Below are positions 34,422 to 44,437 of a stretch of DNA of 64,000 nt, in pieces. Made by a program: the position numbers and the translations under genes. Below the pieces are notes generated by a model that worked only from the letters and a program-made list of their open reading frames with translations, ran no database searches and was not told the origin of the DNA. The DNA is taken from contig JAXHNB010000006.1 in NCBI GenBank assembly GCA_034520945.1, positions 576,001 through 640,000 of the forward strand. The letters run 5' to 3'. Within the stretch, counting starts at the first letter, position 1. The number at the start of each line of letters is the position of its first letter. This stretch comes from Trueperaceae bacterium. GTDB taxonomy: Bacteria; Deinococcota; Deinococci; Deinococcales; Trueperaceae.

Positions 34422-35105
34422 GTGATGGACGGAACGGCGGGCGGCCAGGCGGACGCGGACGACAAGACGGATGCGCAGGCGCGACCCCGGCGCGGGAGGC
34501 GGGGGATCCCCTTCGTGATGACCGGGGCCTCGGGGGTCGGCAAGGACACCATCCGCCAGGCGGCCCTCCCCGGGATGGGCGACCTGGTGTACTCGATCTC
34601 AGCCACCACGCGAGCCAGGCGACCGGGCGAGACCGATGGCATCCAGTACCACTTCCTGACGCACGAACGTTTCGAGCATCTGATCGCGAGGAACGGCTTT
34701 TTGGAGTACGCCGAGTACGTGGGCGACTACTACGGCACCCCCCGCGCGCCGGTCGAGCGTGCCTTGGCCGATGGGCGCGACGTCCTGCTGGAGCTGGAGC
34801 TGGCGGGCGCGCGGCAGCTCAAGGTCGCCCTGCCCGAGGCGGTGATGGTGTTCATCGCGCCGCCGTCGCTGTACGAGCTCGAGCGGCGCCTCCGTGGCCG
34901 CGGCACCGACGACGAGGCCAAGATCCAGAAGCGCCTGGCCCGCGCCCGAGAAGAGATCAAAGCCGTCCGCGAGTTCGATTACGCCGTCGTGAACGACGAA
35001 CTGGACGAGGCCGTGCGCGATTTCCGGGCGGTCATCCACGCCGAGCGCGTGCGCGCCGTGCGTCTGGACGACCAAGACGTGGCGAGGTTCCTGCGCGAGG
35101 ACTGA
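34422..35105 (+). CDS. gmk: Guanylate kinase
   Basis: GASGVGKDT, SISATTRARRPGE, YYGTP, FIAPPS, RLRGRGTD. Confidence 0.96.
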   Translation: MMDGTAGGQADADDKTDAQARPRRGRRGIPFVMTGASGVGKDTIRQAALPGMGDLVYSISATTRARRPGETDGIQYHFLTHERFEHLIARNGFLEYAEYVGDYYGTPRAPVERALADGRDVLLELELAGARQLKVALPEAVMVFIAPPSLYELERRLRGRGTDDEAKIQKRLARAREEIKAVREFDYAVVNDELDEAVRDFRAVIHAERVRAVRLDDQDVARFLRED

Positions 35106-35229
35106 ACCGGCGCGGCCGCTCCGGGCGCGTACCGGGCGGTGCGGCGCCGCGCGCGCCTGTCCGGTATGCTCGCAGGTGCGACGTTCGGGTCTGCTGCGAC
35201 CCCGCCCCGATTCCGCCCAAGGAGGATCC

Positions 35230-35514
35230 ATGGCCCAACACGGCTACGATACGCTGTTCGCCCTTACCGACTCGCGGTACCGCCTCACCATGATCGTGGC
35301 GCGGCGCGCCGCCCAGCTCAAGAGCGGGTTTCCCTCCCTGCTGACGCCCGAGGAGATGCCGCCGGCGCCCAGCAACACCGTCACCGTGGCGATGACCGAG
35401 CTCCTCCTCGGCAAGCCGCTCCGTTTCGGGACCGACCTGCCCGATGAAGCGACGCTGCAGGAGGCGCGCGGGCGCTCCCGTCGCGACCGGGAGGAGCTCG
35501 GCGACGCCCTCTGA
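35230..35514 (+). CDS. rpoZ: RNA polymerase omega subunit
   Basis: DSRYRLTMIVARRAAQL, VTVAMTEL. gmk-rpoZ-coaBC synteny. AAGGAGG SD. Confidence 0.92.
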   Translation: MAQHGYDTLFALTDSRYRLTMIVARRAAQLKSGFPSLLTPEEMPPAPSNTVTVAMTELLLGKPLRFGTDLPDEATLQEARGRSRRDREELGDAL

Positions 35515-36712
35515 GGGACGCGAACCTCCCCCCCGCGTGCTGCTGGGGGTCACGGGCGGTCTGGCCGCGATCAAGGCGCCGTCCGTGGTGCGGCGATTGC
35601 AGGAGGCCGGCGCCGAGGTGCGCGTCGTGGCGACGGCGCGGGCCTACGCCTTCGTCACGCCCCTGTCGCTGGCGTCGGTGGCGGGCCACGAGGTGCTGGA
35701 CGAGGCGGCGTGGTTCCGGCCGGACGGTCGGGCCCGGCACCTGAGCTGGGCGCACTGGGCCGATGTGCTGTTGGTCGCCCCCGCCACCGCGAACGCGCTC
35801 TCGGCCGCGGCGACCGGTCGCGCCGACGACCCTGTGTCCGCACTGGTGCTGAGCGTCCCGCGGACGGTATTCGCCCCCGCGATGAATGCGGCGATGTGGG
35901 GGGCGCCGGCCGTGCGGCGCAACGTCGCCACCCTGCGCGGCGACGGCCACACCGTGCTGGAGCCGGCGGTCGGCCCTCTCGGCACCCTGGGGGAGGACGC
36001 CGGCCCCGGCCGCCTTCCCGACGAGGCGGTGCTGGCGGGCGCCGCGTTGCGGGCGCCCCGGCCGCGCGATCTGGTGGGCAGGCGCGTCGTGGTCAGTGCG
36101 GGGCCGACCCGGGAGTGGTTGGACCCGGTGCGGTTCCTGAGCAACCCCTCCTCGGGCCGGATGGGCGTGGCCGTGGCCGAGGCGGCGCGCGACCGCGGCG
36201 CGGAGGTGACGCTGGTGTGCGGACCGACGGCGGTGCCGATGCCGCACGGGGTCGAGGTGGTCCGGGTCGAGTCGGCGGAGGAGATGGCCGCGGCGCTGGA
36301 GGCGCCGTTCGACGCCTGCGACCTGCTGGTGATGACCGCTGCGGTGGCCGACTGGCGGCCGCGGGCGCGGGCCGCCGAGAAGGAGCCCAAGTCGGGCGAC
36401 GCCAAGGAGCTGCCGCTGGTCCGCACGCCCGACGTGCTGGAGGCGTTGCGGGCGCGCCGCACGCGGCAGGTGATGGTGGGCTTCGCGATGGAGACGGACC
36501 AGGGCGTGTCCCGTGCGGTGGAGAAGGCGCGCCGCAAGGGCCTCGCCTTCGTGGCGCTCAACTACCCGACGCGCGAGGGCGTCGGCTTCGGCATGTCGGA
36601 GACGGAGCTCACCGTGGTGGGGCCCGAGGGTGAGCACGAGGCGATGGGGCGCACCACCAAGTGGGAGGCCGCCGAGCGGATCCTGGACCGGGCGCGTCCG
36701 CTGCTGCCGTGA
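35444..36712 (+). CDS. coaBC: Phosphopantothenoylcysteine decarboxylase/ligase CoaBC (the true start may be later, e.g. GTG at 35537)
   Basis: LLGVTGGLAAIKA, APATAN, PAMNAAMW, SAGPTREWLDPVRFLSNPSSGRMG, AAVADW. Confidence 0.95.
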   Translation: MKRRCRRRAGAPVATGRSSATPSEGREPPPRVLLGVTGGLAAIKAPSVVRRLQEAGAEVRVVATARAYAFVTPLSLASVAGHEVLDEAAWFRPDGRARHLSWAHWADVLLVAPATANALSAAATGRADDPVSALVLSVPRTVFAPAMNAAMWGAPAVRRNVATLRGDGHTVLEPAVGPLGTLGEDAGPGRLPDEAVLAGAALRAPRPRDLVGRRVVVSAGPTREWLDPVRFLSNPSSGRMGVAVAEAARDRGAEVTLVCGPTAVPMPHGVEVVRVESAEEMAAALEAPFDACDLLVMTAAVADWRPRARAAEKEPKSGDAKELPLVRTPDVLEALRARRTRQVMVGFAMETDQGVSRAVEKARRKGLAFVALNYPTREGVGFGMSETELTVVGPEGEHEAMGRTTKWEAAERILDRARPLLP

Positions 36713-36770
36713 TCGCTTGCGTGCGGTCACGTGTCGCACGCCTCGCACCTCGGGCCCAAATCCCGCGTAT

Positions 36771-36788
36771 AGTGAATGAATATGCCGA
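36771..36788 (+). promoter_or_regulatory. Putative ARG box overlapping the argR -10 element (TATAGT, 36768-36773) and start codon
   Basis: AGTGAATGAATATGCCGA resembles the ARG box consensus (TGAAT-N4-ATKCA) and is an AT-rich island in GC-rich DNA. Confidence 0.6.
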
Positions 36789-37240
36789 GTAAAGAGTACC
36801 GACAACGATTGATCGAAGAACTCGTCGAAAACGAATTCATCTCCACCCAGGCAGAGATCGCCGAGCACCTGGCGCAGCGCGGCATCAAGGTGACCCAGGC
36901 GACCATCAGCCGCGACGTCAACGAGCTGCGGCTGGTGCGGCTGCCGGCCGGCAACGGGCAACACCGCTACCGTTCCACACCGCTGGCGGCCCAAGAGGAC
37001 GTGCTGGGTGAGCTGGCGCAGCGCTTTCGTCTGTTCGTGCGGCACATGGACCGGGGCGACAACCTGTTGGTGGTCGACACCGACGAGGGGCACGCCACCG
37101 GGATCGCCTACGTGATCGACAAGCTGGACCGGGAGGAGGTCGTCGGCACCTTGGCGGGCCAGAACACGATTCTGGTGATCTGCCGCGACGGCGACCAGGC
37201 CGAGCGCGTGATGGAGGAGTTCGAAGAACTCTTGGCCTGA
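36782..37240 (+). CDS. argR: Arginine repressor
   Basis: TQAEIAEHL, VTQATISRDVNEL, VVGTLAGQNTILVI. Confidence 0.95.
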   Translation: MPSKEYRQRLIEELVENEFISTQAEIAEHLAQRGIKVTQATISRDVNELRLVRLPAGNGQHRYRSTPLAAQEDVLGELAQRFRLFVRHMDRGDNLLVVDTDEGHATGIAYVIDKLDREEVVGTLAGQNTILVICRDGDQAERVMEEFEELLA

Positions 37241-37346
37241 AGCGCGGCGCGCCGAGCGGGCGCCGGGCGCGACGCCGGCCCGCGGGTCGGCGTGCGGCCA
37301 GATTCCTCATTCCAGCCGTGCTAGCGTCCAAGTCACGGAGGTTTCC

Positions 37347-39617
37347 ATGCGCCCGTTGATCACGTTATTGGCCGTTCTCGCCCTGCTGGGTACGGCGTCC
37401 GCACAGACCGTTCTGGTGCACCCGTTCGACAGCGGCGACTCCGTCCTCGGGGCCGTCGTCGCCGACCGGGTCGCCCAGTCGCTCGCGCCGCAGGTCGACC
37501 TCATGGTCGGCCCGGCCGCGGCCCCCACCTTGGTGCCGCCCGTTCCCTACGACAACGGCTTCCTGGGCCCGCTGGCCGTGCTGCGGCAGGGGGGCGTCGC
37601 CACCCTGCACGGCGCCGCCCTGTTGCGAAGCGGCACCGGGGCCGACCTCGCCGCCAGCGGGCGGGTGGCGACGGACGCGGAGGGATTGCGGCTCGAGCTG
37701 TTCGCCGCGGCGGGACGTCGCGACGCGCTCCAGACCACCGTCCGCGCGCCCGAGGATCGCCCCGACCTGCTGGCCCGCCGGGCGGCCCGCTTGCTGGCCT
37801 CGCACCTGGGCGTGCCGGCACCGTCCGCCCCCGACGCCATCGACATGGCCGGCGCGGACGACGCCCTGGGGCGCGCCTCGACGCTGCTGGCCGGCGGATT
37901 CGCGCAGGAGGCGGAGCAGCTGTTCCGCGAGGCGGAGGAGGCCGGGCAGGACACCCCCCGCCTGCGCGCCCTGCGAGCCGCGCTGGAGGACGTGCAAGAC
38001 GGCCGTTCGCATCCCGACGATCCCGCGCTGGCGGCGTCGTTGGCGTTGACGGTGCTGGAGGACGACGCGCGCACCCTCGCCTACATGGAACGCCTCGGCG
38101 AGGCCGGCCTGCCCGCCGCGGACGCCTGGATCGGGGCGATCGCGGCCAGCACCAACGACCTGGCGCGCGCCGACGACGCCTACATGCGGGCGGCGGAGGC
38201 GTACCCCTACGGCCGGGCGGCGCGGGCGGCCTACCAGGCGTCGCAGGGTCGCTCGGGGGCGGCCGAGGCGGTGCGCGACCTGCACGACGGCGGGGACGTC
38301 GCCTCGCTGGTGCTGGCGTCGCTGCTGCACGAGCTGTCCGGCGACGCCCAAGCAAAACGAGCAGCGCTGGAGGCGCTGGGCCGGGCCGCCCCGACGTTCG
38401 CGTGGCCGTTCGAACAGCTCAGCTTCCTGGCCTTCGACCGGGATGACGGTCGCGCGGCCGCCGAAGCGCTCGTGGTCGCGGTCCGACTGGCGCCCGAGGA
38501 GGACCTGTACTGGACCAACCTGGGGTGGGCCTGGTACCTGCTGGGGTTCTGGGAACGAAGCGAGGAAGCCAGCACGCGAGCGCTGGAGCTGGAGCCGGGC
38601 GCCCACATCGCCGCCTACAACCTGGGCTTGGTACGGGCACGTTCCGGCCGCTTGGATGAGGCGATGTCGGCGTACGACACCGCGCTCGATGCCGACCCCG
38701 AGGTCGACGACGAGGCACTGGCGGACGTGCGGCGCGCGCTCGAGGAGGTGCCGGACGAGCCGGCGTTGCACTACGTGCTGGGGCGCATGCTGGAGGCCGA
38801 GGGAGACCGAGACGCCGCGGCGCAGGCGTTCGATCGCTACCTGGAGCTGGGCGGATTCGGCGCGCCGTACGACGCGCGGGCCGAGGCGCGCTACGAGGCG
38901 TTGAGCGCCCCCCCGCCGCCCCTGGCGATCACCGACGACGCGGTGACGGCGCGGCTGGGCGGCACGCGCCCCGCCGAGCCGTGGCATCCGGGCGACCCGA
39001 TCGGCCTGTCGTTCGAGGTCACCACCCCCGGCGAGTCGCTGCCGCGGACCTTGCGCGTCCGTGCGGAGGTGCGTCCCGGCCAGGGGGAGGAGCCGATCCT
39101 CAGCGAGGAGACGTCGGTCGAGATCCCGGCCGAGGCGATCGGCTACGTCGTCGAAGAGCTCGCCTTCGAGCTCCCCGATACGCTCGAAGCCGGGACGTAC
39201 ACGGCCGAAGTCCGCGTCCGCGGCGACGGCGAGCAACGGGCCACGGCCCGCGTGGCGTTGCCGGTGGAGGGGCAGCCCGTGACGTTGCGCCGCCTGATCG
39301 GTCGCGGCGTGGTGCTCACCTCGCTCGACGCCGGCCGGTCCCTGTTCGGGGCGTCCGATCTTGGGCGTGAGGAGGCCGTCGTGGCCACGCTCGTCGACGC
39401 GTTGCGGCAGGCCGCCGACGCGGCCGAGGAGGCGCTGCCGGCCGTCGAGGAGGGGCGCTTCGCGGGGCTGTCCGGGCGTGCCCTGTTCGAGCAGAGCGAC
39501 GAAGGCGACGTGCGCGCCTTCCTGGACTACCTGGTCCGCGAAGAGGTGCGCGACGTCCGGCTGACCTTCGTGGACGCCTACGCCGAGTGGGCGATCGCCG
39601 GTGCGCCCGGGCCCTAG
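37347..39617 (+). CDS. Exported TPR-repeat protein with a C-terminal beta-sandwich-like region
   Basis: Signal peptide (..LGTASAQ). TPRs such as YWTNLGWAWYLLG and AAYNLGLVRARSG. GGAGG SD. Confidence 0.82.
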   Translation: MRPLITLLAVLALLGTASAQTVLVHPFDSGDSVLGAVVADRVAQSLAPQVDLMVGPAAAPTLVPPVPYDNGFLGPLAVLRQGGVATLHGAALLRSGTGADLAASGRVATDAEGLRLELFAAAGRRDALQTTVRAPEDRPDLLARRAARLLASHLGVPAPSAPDAIDMAGADDALGRASTLLAGGFAQEAEQLFREAEEAGQDTPRLRALRAALEDVQDGRSHPDDPALAASLALTVLEDDARTLAYMERLGEAGLPAADAWIGAIAASTNDLARADDAYMRAAEAYPYGRAARAAYQASQGRSGAAEAVRDLHDGGDVASLVLASLLHELSGDAQAKRAALEALGRAAPTFAWPFEQLSFLAFDRDDGRAAAEALVVAVRLAPEEDLYWTNLGWAWYLLGFWERSEEASTRALELEPGAHIAAYNLGLVRARSGRLDEAMSAYDTALDADPEVDDEALADVRRALEEVPDEPALHYVLGRMLEAEGDRDAAAQAFDRYLELGGFGAPYDARAEARYEALSAPPPPLAITDDAVTARLGGTRPAEPWHPGDPIGLSFEVTTPGESLPRTLRVRAEVRPGQGEEPILSEETSVEIPAEAIGYVVEELAFELPDTLEAGTYTAEVRVRGDGEQRATARVALPVEGQPVTLRRLIGRGVVLTSLDAGRSLFGASDLGREEAVVATLVDALRQAADAAEEALPAVEEGRFAGLSGRALFEQSDEGDVRAFLDYLVREEVRDVRLTFVDAYAEWAIAGAPGP

Positions 39618-39644
39618 GCCGGGCGCACCGGCGCGCAGGTCGCG

Positions 39645-41351
39645 TCAGCCGTCGCTGGGGTACACCACGCCCCAGGCGGCGGCCGGGTCGTCGGGGAGGG
39701 GGACATGCCCGGGCCCTTCGATCCGTTCGGCCAACCAGGCCTTGAGGGCGTCCATCCCTTCGCCCGAGCGGGCGGAGACCGAGCGCGCCTGGTAGCGCAG
39801 TTCCAGGTCGGCCCGCACCTCGGCGTCCATGCGGTCGGCCTTGTTGACGACGATCTCGCGGGGGGGCGCCAGCTGCAGTGCGTCGAGGATTCGCTCGACC
39901 GCGGCGACGCGGTCGGGCGCACCGGGGGCGGCACCGTCCACGACGTGCAACAGCAGGTCGGCGTCCTGCAGCTCCTCCAGGGTGGCGCGGAAGGCGTCGA
40001 CCAGCTCGTCTGGAAGGTCGCGGATGAAGCCGACCGTGTCGGTGTAGATCACCTTGCCGCCCCACTCGCCGAGGGCGGGCAGCCATCCTTCGCGCGAGGT
40101 GGGCCGCAGCGTCGCGAACAGCTCGTTGCGACTCAGGGCGTCCGACTTGGCCAGCACGTTGAACAACGTCGACTTGCCGGCGTTGGTGTACCCGATCAGC
40201 GCCACCACCGGCGTGCCCGCCTCGGTGCGGTTCTTGCGCGTGCGCTCGCGCCGGTCGCTGATCTGGTCCACGTCGCTTTGCAGGGAGGTGATGCGGTCGC
40301 GGATGCGGCGCCGGTCCACCTCGAGCTTGGTCTCGCCGGGGCCCCGGGTGCCGATGCCGCCGCCCAGGCGGCTGAGGGCGGTGCCCTTGCCGGCCAGGCG
40401 CGGCAGCTGGTATTGCAGCTGCGCCAGTTCGACCTGGACCTGCGCCTCGCGTCCGCGGGCGTTCTGCGCGAAGATGTCGAGGATCACCTGCGTGCGGTCC
40501 AGCACCTTGAGGCGGGTCGCCTCCTCGATCTCGCGCGCCTGGGCGGGCGAGAGCTCGCGGTCGAAGACCAACAGGTCGGCGTCCTCGTGGTAGGCCAGCG
40601 ACACCAGCTCCCGCAGCTTGCCGTGGCCGATCAGCGTCTTGGGGTCGGCGTGGCCGCGCTGTTGCAGCTCGGCCTTGGCCACCGTCGCGCCGGCCGAGCG
40701 GACCAACTCGGACAACTCGTCCAGGCGGGCCTGCGCCTCGGGCCCGTCTCCGGTGTCGAGGCCGATCAGGACCGCCCGTTCGGCCGAACTGCGGCTGACC
40801 TCGCGCGCGTGGGCGCTGCGGGCCATCTCGGCCTCCAACGCCCGGATGCGGTCGGCCAGGTCGATCCGTTCGAGGCTGGCGACGTCGGCCGGCGGCTCGA
40901 TCAGCCAGTCCTCCTCCTCGCTGGTGGGCGGCGCGACCTGCGCCAGGTGGGCCGGGCCCAGGACGGGGCGGCTCGGGTCGCCGTGCGCTTCGATGGCGAC
41001 CATCGCGTCCAGCCGCGCCAGGAACAGCGTGGTCAAGTCCGCGTCCGACAGCCCGCCCCCGCCGGGATGCACGTGGATCAGGCGCATCCCCCGTAGGCGC
41101 GACTCGGCCTCGCCGAAGCGGGCGGGCAGGGGGGTGCCCTCCGCGTCCGCGAACGCCACCGTGACGACGCGCCCCCGTCGGTCGACGAGGACCGAGACCG
41201 GCCCCCGCATCTCGAGGGCGAGGGTGGCCATGGCGCGCGCCAAGTCGGTGCTGACGGGCGCTTCGGGGGGGACCCGGCGGCGGTACAGGTTTCCGAGGCG
41301 TTTGATCTGGTTCTTCTTGAGGCCCGACAGGGATCCGTGAACCTTGTCGAT
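39645..41351 (-). CDS. hflX: GTPase HflX, long N-terminal form, with a probable ATC start
   Basis: LDRTQVILDIFA, GGGIGTRGPGETKLE, GYTNAGKST, DTVGFI, NKAD. AAAGGAG lies 8 nt before ATC at 41351. Confidence 0.95.
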   Translation of the reverse strand: MDKVHGSLSGLKKNQIKRLGNLYRRRVPPEAPVSTDLARAMATLALEMRGPVSVLVDRRGRVVTVAFADAEGTPLPARFGEAESRLRGMRLIHVHPGGGGLSDADLTTLFLARLDAMVAIEAHGDPSRPVLGPAHLAQVAPPTSEEEDWLIEPPADVASLERIDLADRIRALEAEMARSAHAREVSRSSAERAVLIGLDTGDGPEAQARLDELSELVRSAGATVAKAELQQRGHADPKTLIGHGKLRELVSLAYHEDADLLVFDRELSPAQAREIEEATRLKVLDRTQVILDIFAQNARGREAQVQVELAQLQYQLPRLAGKGTALSRLGGGIGTRGPGETKLEVDRRRIRDRITSLQSDVDQISDRRERTRKNRTEAGTPVVALIGYTNAGKSTLFNVLAKSDALSRNELFATLRPTSREGWLPALGEWGGKVIYTDTVGFIRDLPDELVDAFRATLEELQDADLLLHVVDGAAPGAPDRVAAVERILDALQLAPPREIVVNKADRMDAEVRADLELRYQARSVSARSGEGMDALKAWLAERIEGPGHVPLPDDPAAAWGVVYPSDG

Positions 41352-41489
41352 CGCGACGACTCCTTTCGCGCCGCGGGGCGGACGGCCTCTCGGCCGCCGG
41401 CGTTCGTTCCGCGGCGACTCCCCCGTAGGGTAGCGCACGCGGAGGCCGGAGGGCGTGGCGGCAGGTACGGGCGTGCTAGCGTCGGGCGC

Positions 41490-42374
41490 GTGCCGGTCCG
41501 AATCAAGCGAAGAACCCCCCGGGTCGCGACCTGGTTCGCGACCCTGTTCCTGCTCTCCGTCGCATGTGCGTCCGCCCAAGGCGAGGACCCGGCGCACGGC
41601 GTGCTGGACGCCGAGGCCGCCACGCCGCAGCCCCGCGTGCGGGCCCGCGACCTGGCGCGCGTGTTGGGGGCCGAGCGCGGCGGGGAGGCCGGCGTGCTGG
41701 TGCTGCGGCGCGAGGGGGTGACCCTGACGATGTTCGACGGCTCCAGCGACGCGATCATCGGTGGTGGGGGGGCCGAGCAGGCGACGTTGTCCGCCCCGGC
41801 CCGCCGCCGCGAGGACGGCTGGTGGCTGCCGCTGGACGCCGGGGCGCCGTTCGGGCTGGTCCGGACCGGCCCCAACGCCGTCCGCACCGCCGATGGGCGG
41901 CGCTGGCGGCTGCGGGTGCGGGAACCGCCCGCCGCCGCGACGTCGTCGCGGGCGCGGGTGGTGCGCGCCGCCGCCGGCGCCTCGGCGGTGGAGATCGTCA
42001 GCGACGGCCCGCAGGGCCAACCGGAGGCGGTGTCGCTGTGGGTGACCGACCTGGCGTTGGCGGCACTGGTGGTGCCGGAGGCCCGTGCCGAGTTGGACGC
42101 CGCCATGGCCGAGGTCGGGGCGTCGCGTGGGTTGCTGGGGGTGGTGACTTCGCGGGTGCCGGGCGCGCGCGCCGAGGGTCCCACCGTCGTGGTGGAGGGC
42201 GAGGTGCGCGTCGAGGCCGGAGCGCGCCTGCAGACCCTCGCAGGCCGCCGCGACGCGATCGGGCCGGCGCAGCCCTGGACCTTCGTGCTGTGGCTCCCCG
42301 CCGGCACGCGGCTGGACGGACCGATCACCGTGGCGTGGCGCGACGAGCGGGCGGACGTCGTGTTCCGCCGCTGA
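41490..42374 (+). CDS. Hypothetical exported protein; N-terminal part resembles a copper-amine-oxidase-N/stalk-like domain
   Basis: GTG 7 nt after TAGCGT. Signal peptide (TLFLLSVACASAQ). RDLARVLGAE...APARRREDGWWLPL. Confidence 0.6.
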   Translation: MPVRIKRRTPRVATWFATLFLLSVACASAQGEDPAHGVLDAEAATPQPRVRARDLARVLGAERGGEAGVLVLRREGVTLTMFDGSSDAIIGGGGAEQATLSAPARRREDGWWLPLDAGAPFGLVRTGPNAVRTADGRRWRLRVREPPAAATSSRARVVRAAAGASAVEIVSDGPQGQPEAVSLWVTDLALAALVVPEARAELDAAMAEVGASRGLLGVVTSRVPGARAEGPTVVVEGEVRVEAGARLQTLAGRRDAIGPAQPWTFVLWLPAGTRLDGPITVAWRDERADVVFRR

Positions 42375-42447
42375 CCGGGGAGGGCCGACGGTAGACTGGG
42401 CGCATCGCCGTCGCCGCCATGCGCCGGCCGTTCCGCAGGAGGCACTC

Positions 42448-43623
42448 ATGGACATCGTCATCGCCGCCGCCGCCCGCACGCCCATCGGATCGTTCCTGGG
42501 TGGCCTCGCCCCGCTGAAGGCGTCCGAACTGGGGGCCGCCGCCGTGCGCGAGGCGGTCGCGCGCGCCGGTTTGGACGCCGCCGAGGTGGACCTGGCGCTG
42601 ATGGGCAACGTGCTCTCGGCCGGCATGGGACAGGCGCCGGCGCGGCAGGCCGCCATCTACGCCGGCCTGCCCGAGCGCACCCCGGCCGTGACGCTGAACA
42701 AGATGTGCGGCAGCGGCCTGGAGGCCATCATCCAGGCGGCCCGTGCCGTGCAGGTGGGCGACGCCCACGTGGTCGTCGCCGGCGGGATGGAGTCGATGAG
42801 CAACGCACCCTACCTGCTTCCCGGCGCACGCGGCGGGCTCCGGCTCGGCCACGGCAAGACGGTCGACGCCTTGATCCACGACGGACTGTGGGACGTGTAC
42901 GAGGACCGGCACATGGGGTCCTGCGCCGAGGACTGCGCGCGGACGTACGACTTCGGACGCGACGCCCAGGACGCCTTCGCCGCCAGGTCCTACCGGCGTG
43001 CGCAGGAGGCGACCCGCTCGGGCGACGCCGCCCACGAGATCGTGCCGGTCGAGGTGCCGGGGCGCAAGGGCGCGATCACGGTCGTGGACGCGGACGAAGG
43101 GCCGTTCGCCATGGACCTGGATCGCATGGCGGGCCTCCGCCCCGCCTTCGAACGAGACGGCACCGTGACGGCCGCCAACGCCTCCAGCATCAACGACGGC
43201 GCCGCCGCCGTGATCGTGACCTCGCGGGAGGTGGCGGAGGCGCGCGGGTACCCGGTGCTCTGCACCCTGCGGGGCTGGAGCGTCCACGCGCAGGAGCCCG
43301 GACGCTTCACGACGGCGCCTCTCGGCGCCCTGCGGACGCTGTTCGACCGCCTCGACTGGGCACCGGACACGGTGACCCGGTACGAGATCAACGAGGCCTT
43401 CGCGGTGGTGCCGATGGCGGCGATGCAGGAGTTCGGGCTGTCCGACGACGTGGTGGACGTGCTGGGCGGCGCCGTGTCGCTGGGGCACCCCATCGGCGCG
43501 TCGGGCACGCGCATCGTCGTGACCCTGCTGAACGCGCTGCGGTTGGCCGGCGGGGGGCGCGGCGTCGCGGCGATCTGCATCGGCGGCGGCGAGGCGTTGG
43601 CGCTGGGGGTCGAGACGCCCTGA
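42448..43623 (+). CDS. Acetyl-CoA C-acyltransferase (thiolase)
   Basis: ARTPIGSF, NKMCGSG, GGMESMS, NEAF, GHPIGASG, CIGGG. Confidence 0.96.
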   Translation: MDIVIAAAARTPIGSFLGGLAPLKASELGAAAVREAVARAGLDAAEVDLALMGNVLSAGMGQAPARQAAIYAGLPERTPAVTLNKMCGSGLEAIIQAARAVQVGDAHVVVAGGMESMSNAPYLLPGARGGLRLGHGKTVDALIHDGLWDVYEDRHMGSCAEDCARTYDFGRDAQDAFAARSYRRAQEATRSGDAAHEIVPVEVPGRKGAITVVDADEGPFAMDLDRMAGLRPAFERDGTVTAANASSINDGAAAVIVTSREVAEARGYPVLCTLRGWSVHAQEPGRFTTAPLGALRTLFDRLDWAPDTVTRYEINEAFAVVPMAAMQEFGLSDDVVDVLGGAVSLGHPIGASGTRIVVTLLNALRLAGGGRGVAAICIGGGEALALGVETP

Positions 43624-43647
43624 GTCCGGCGCCGGCGCGCGCGGCGG

Positions 43648-44418
43648 TCAGGGTTCGAAGACGTCGTCTGCGTCGTCATCGCCGGTCGCATCGTCGGGTT
43701 CCTCTTCGCGGCCCGGCATGCGGCCGTGCTGGACCGCTTCGGCCACCACGGAGGGCAGGCCCCAACCGACGATGTCGAACGCGACGGCGGCCACGTCGTA
43801 CTCGACCTTGTCCATGCGCACGTCCACGCCGTCTTCGCGCACCTGCAGCAGGGCGTAGTCGGCGCCCGGCTCGCCATTCAGGGACAGGCCGACCGACCCG
43901 GGGTTCACCGCCAGGCCCTGCGCCGCGCGCCGCAGGAACGGAACGTGCGTGCCGCCCGTCGCCAGGATGGTGCAGCGGTTCTCGTCCAGCAGGCGGGCGA
44001 ACCGCATCGGATCGACGTGCAGGTCGGTGCGTCCCGCGGGATCTTCCGCCGTGCCGTGGAACGCGCGGAACCGTCCGTACGGCGTGTCCAGCCGTCGTTG
44101 GACCGGCAGCTCCCGCAACCAATGCACGTGATCGAGCTCCAGGATCTCGCGTGTCCACTCCAGGGTCTGATCGCCGACGCCCTTGCGCGGCACCGCCTGC
44201 CGCGCGAAGTCGAACGCGATCCGTTCGTCGGCGGCGCCGAGCGTGCACAGCAGCTTCTCTTCGCGGATCCGTTCCAGCGTCTCGTTGGGGGCGGGCCCGT
44301 AGCCGACCATGTCGCCCAGGCACACCACCGTGTCCGCCCGGCGCGAGCGGAGCTCGGCGAGGACGGCGTTCAACGCCACCACGTTGGCGTGAACGTCGCT
44401 GATCAGCCCGATGATCAC
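43648..44418 (-). CDS. Calcineurin-like metallophosphoesterase family protein with degenerate motifs
   Basis: SDVHAN, GDMVGYGP, HG and NPGSVG are present. GNHD reads GAAD and GHTH reads GGTH. Confidence 0.85.
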   Translation of the reverse strand: MIIGLISDVHANVVALNAVLAELRSRRADTVVCLGDMVGYGPAPNETLERIREEKLLCTLGAADERIAFDFARQAVPRKGVGDQTLEWTREILELDHVHWLRELPVQRRLDTPYGRFRAFHGTAEDPAGRTDLHVDPMRFARLLDENRCTILATGGTHVPFLRRAAQGLAVNPGSVGLSLNGEPGADYALLQVREDGVDVRMDKVEYDVAAVAFDIVGWGLPSVVAEAVQHGRMPGREEEPDDATGDDDADDVFEP

Positions 44419-44437
44419 GTGGGTCGGCCCTCCCCGC

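Noticed and set aside
41352..42656. 1003-aa HflX fusion suggested by the ORF track
   Set aside because: The extension is antisense to real plus-strand genes. HflX homology begins at about 41351.
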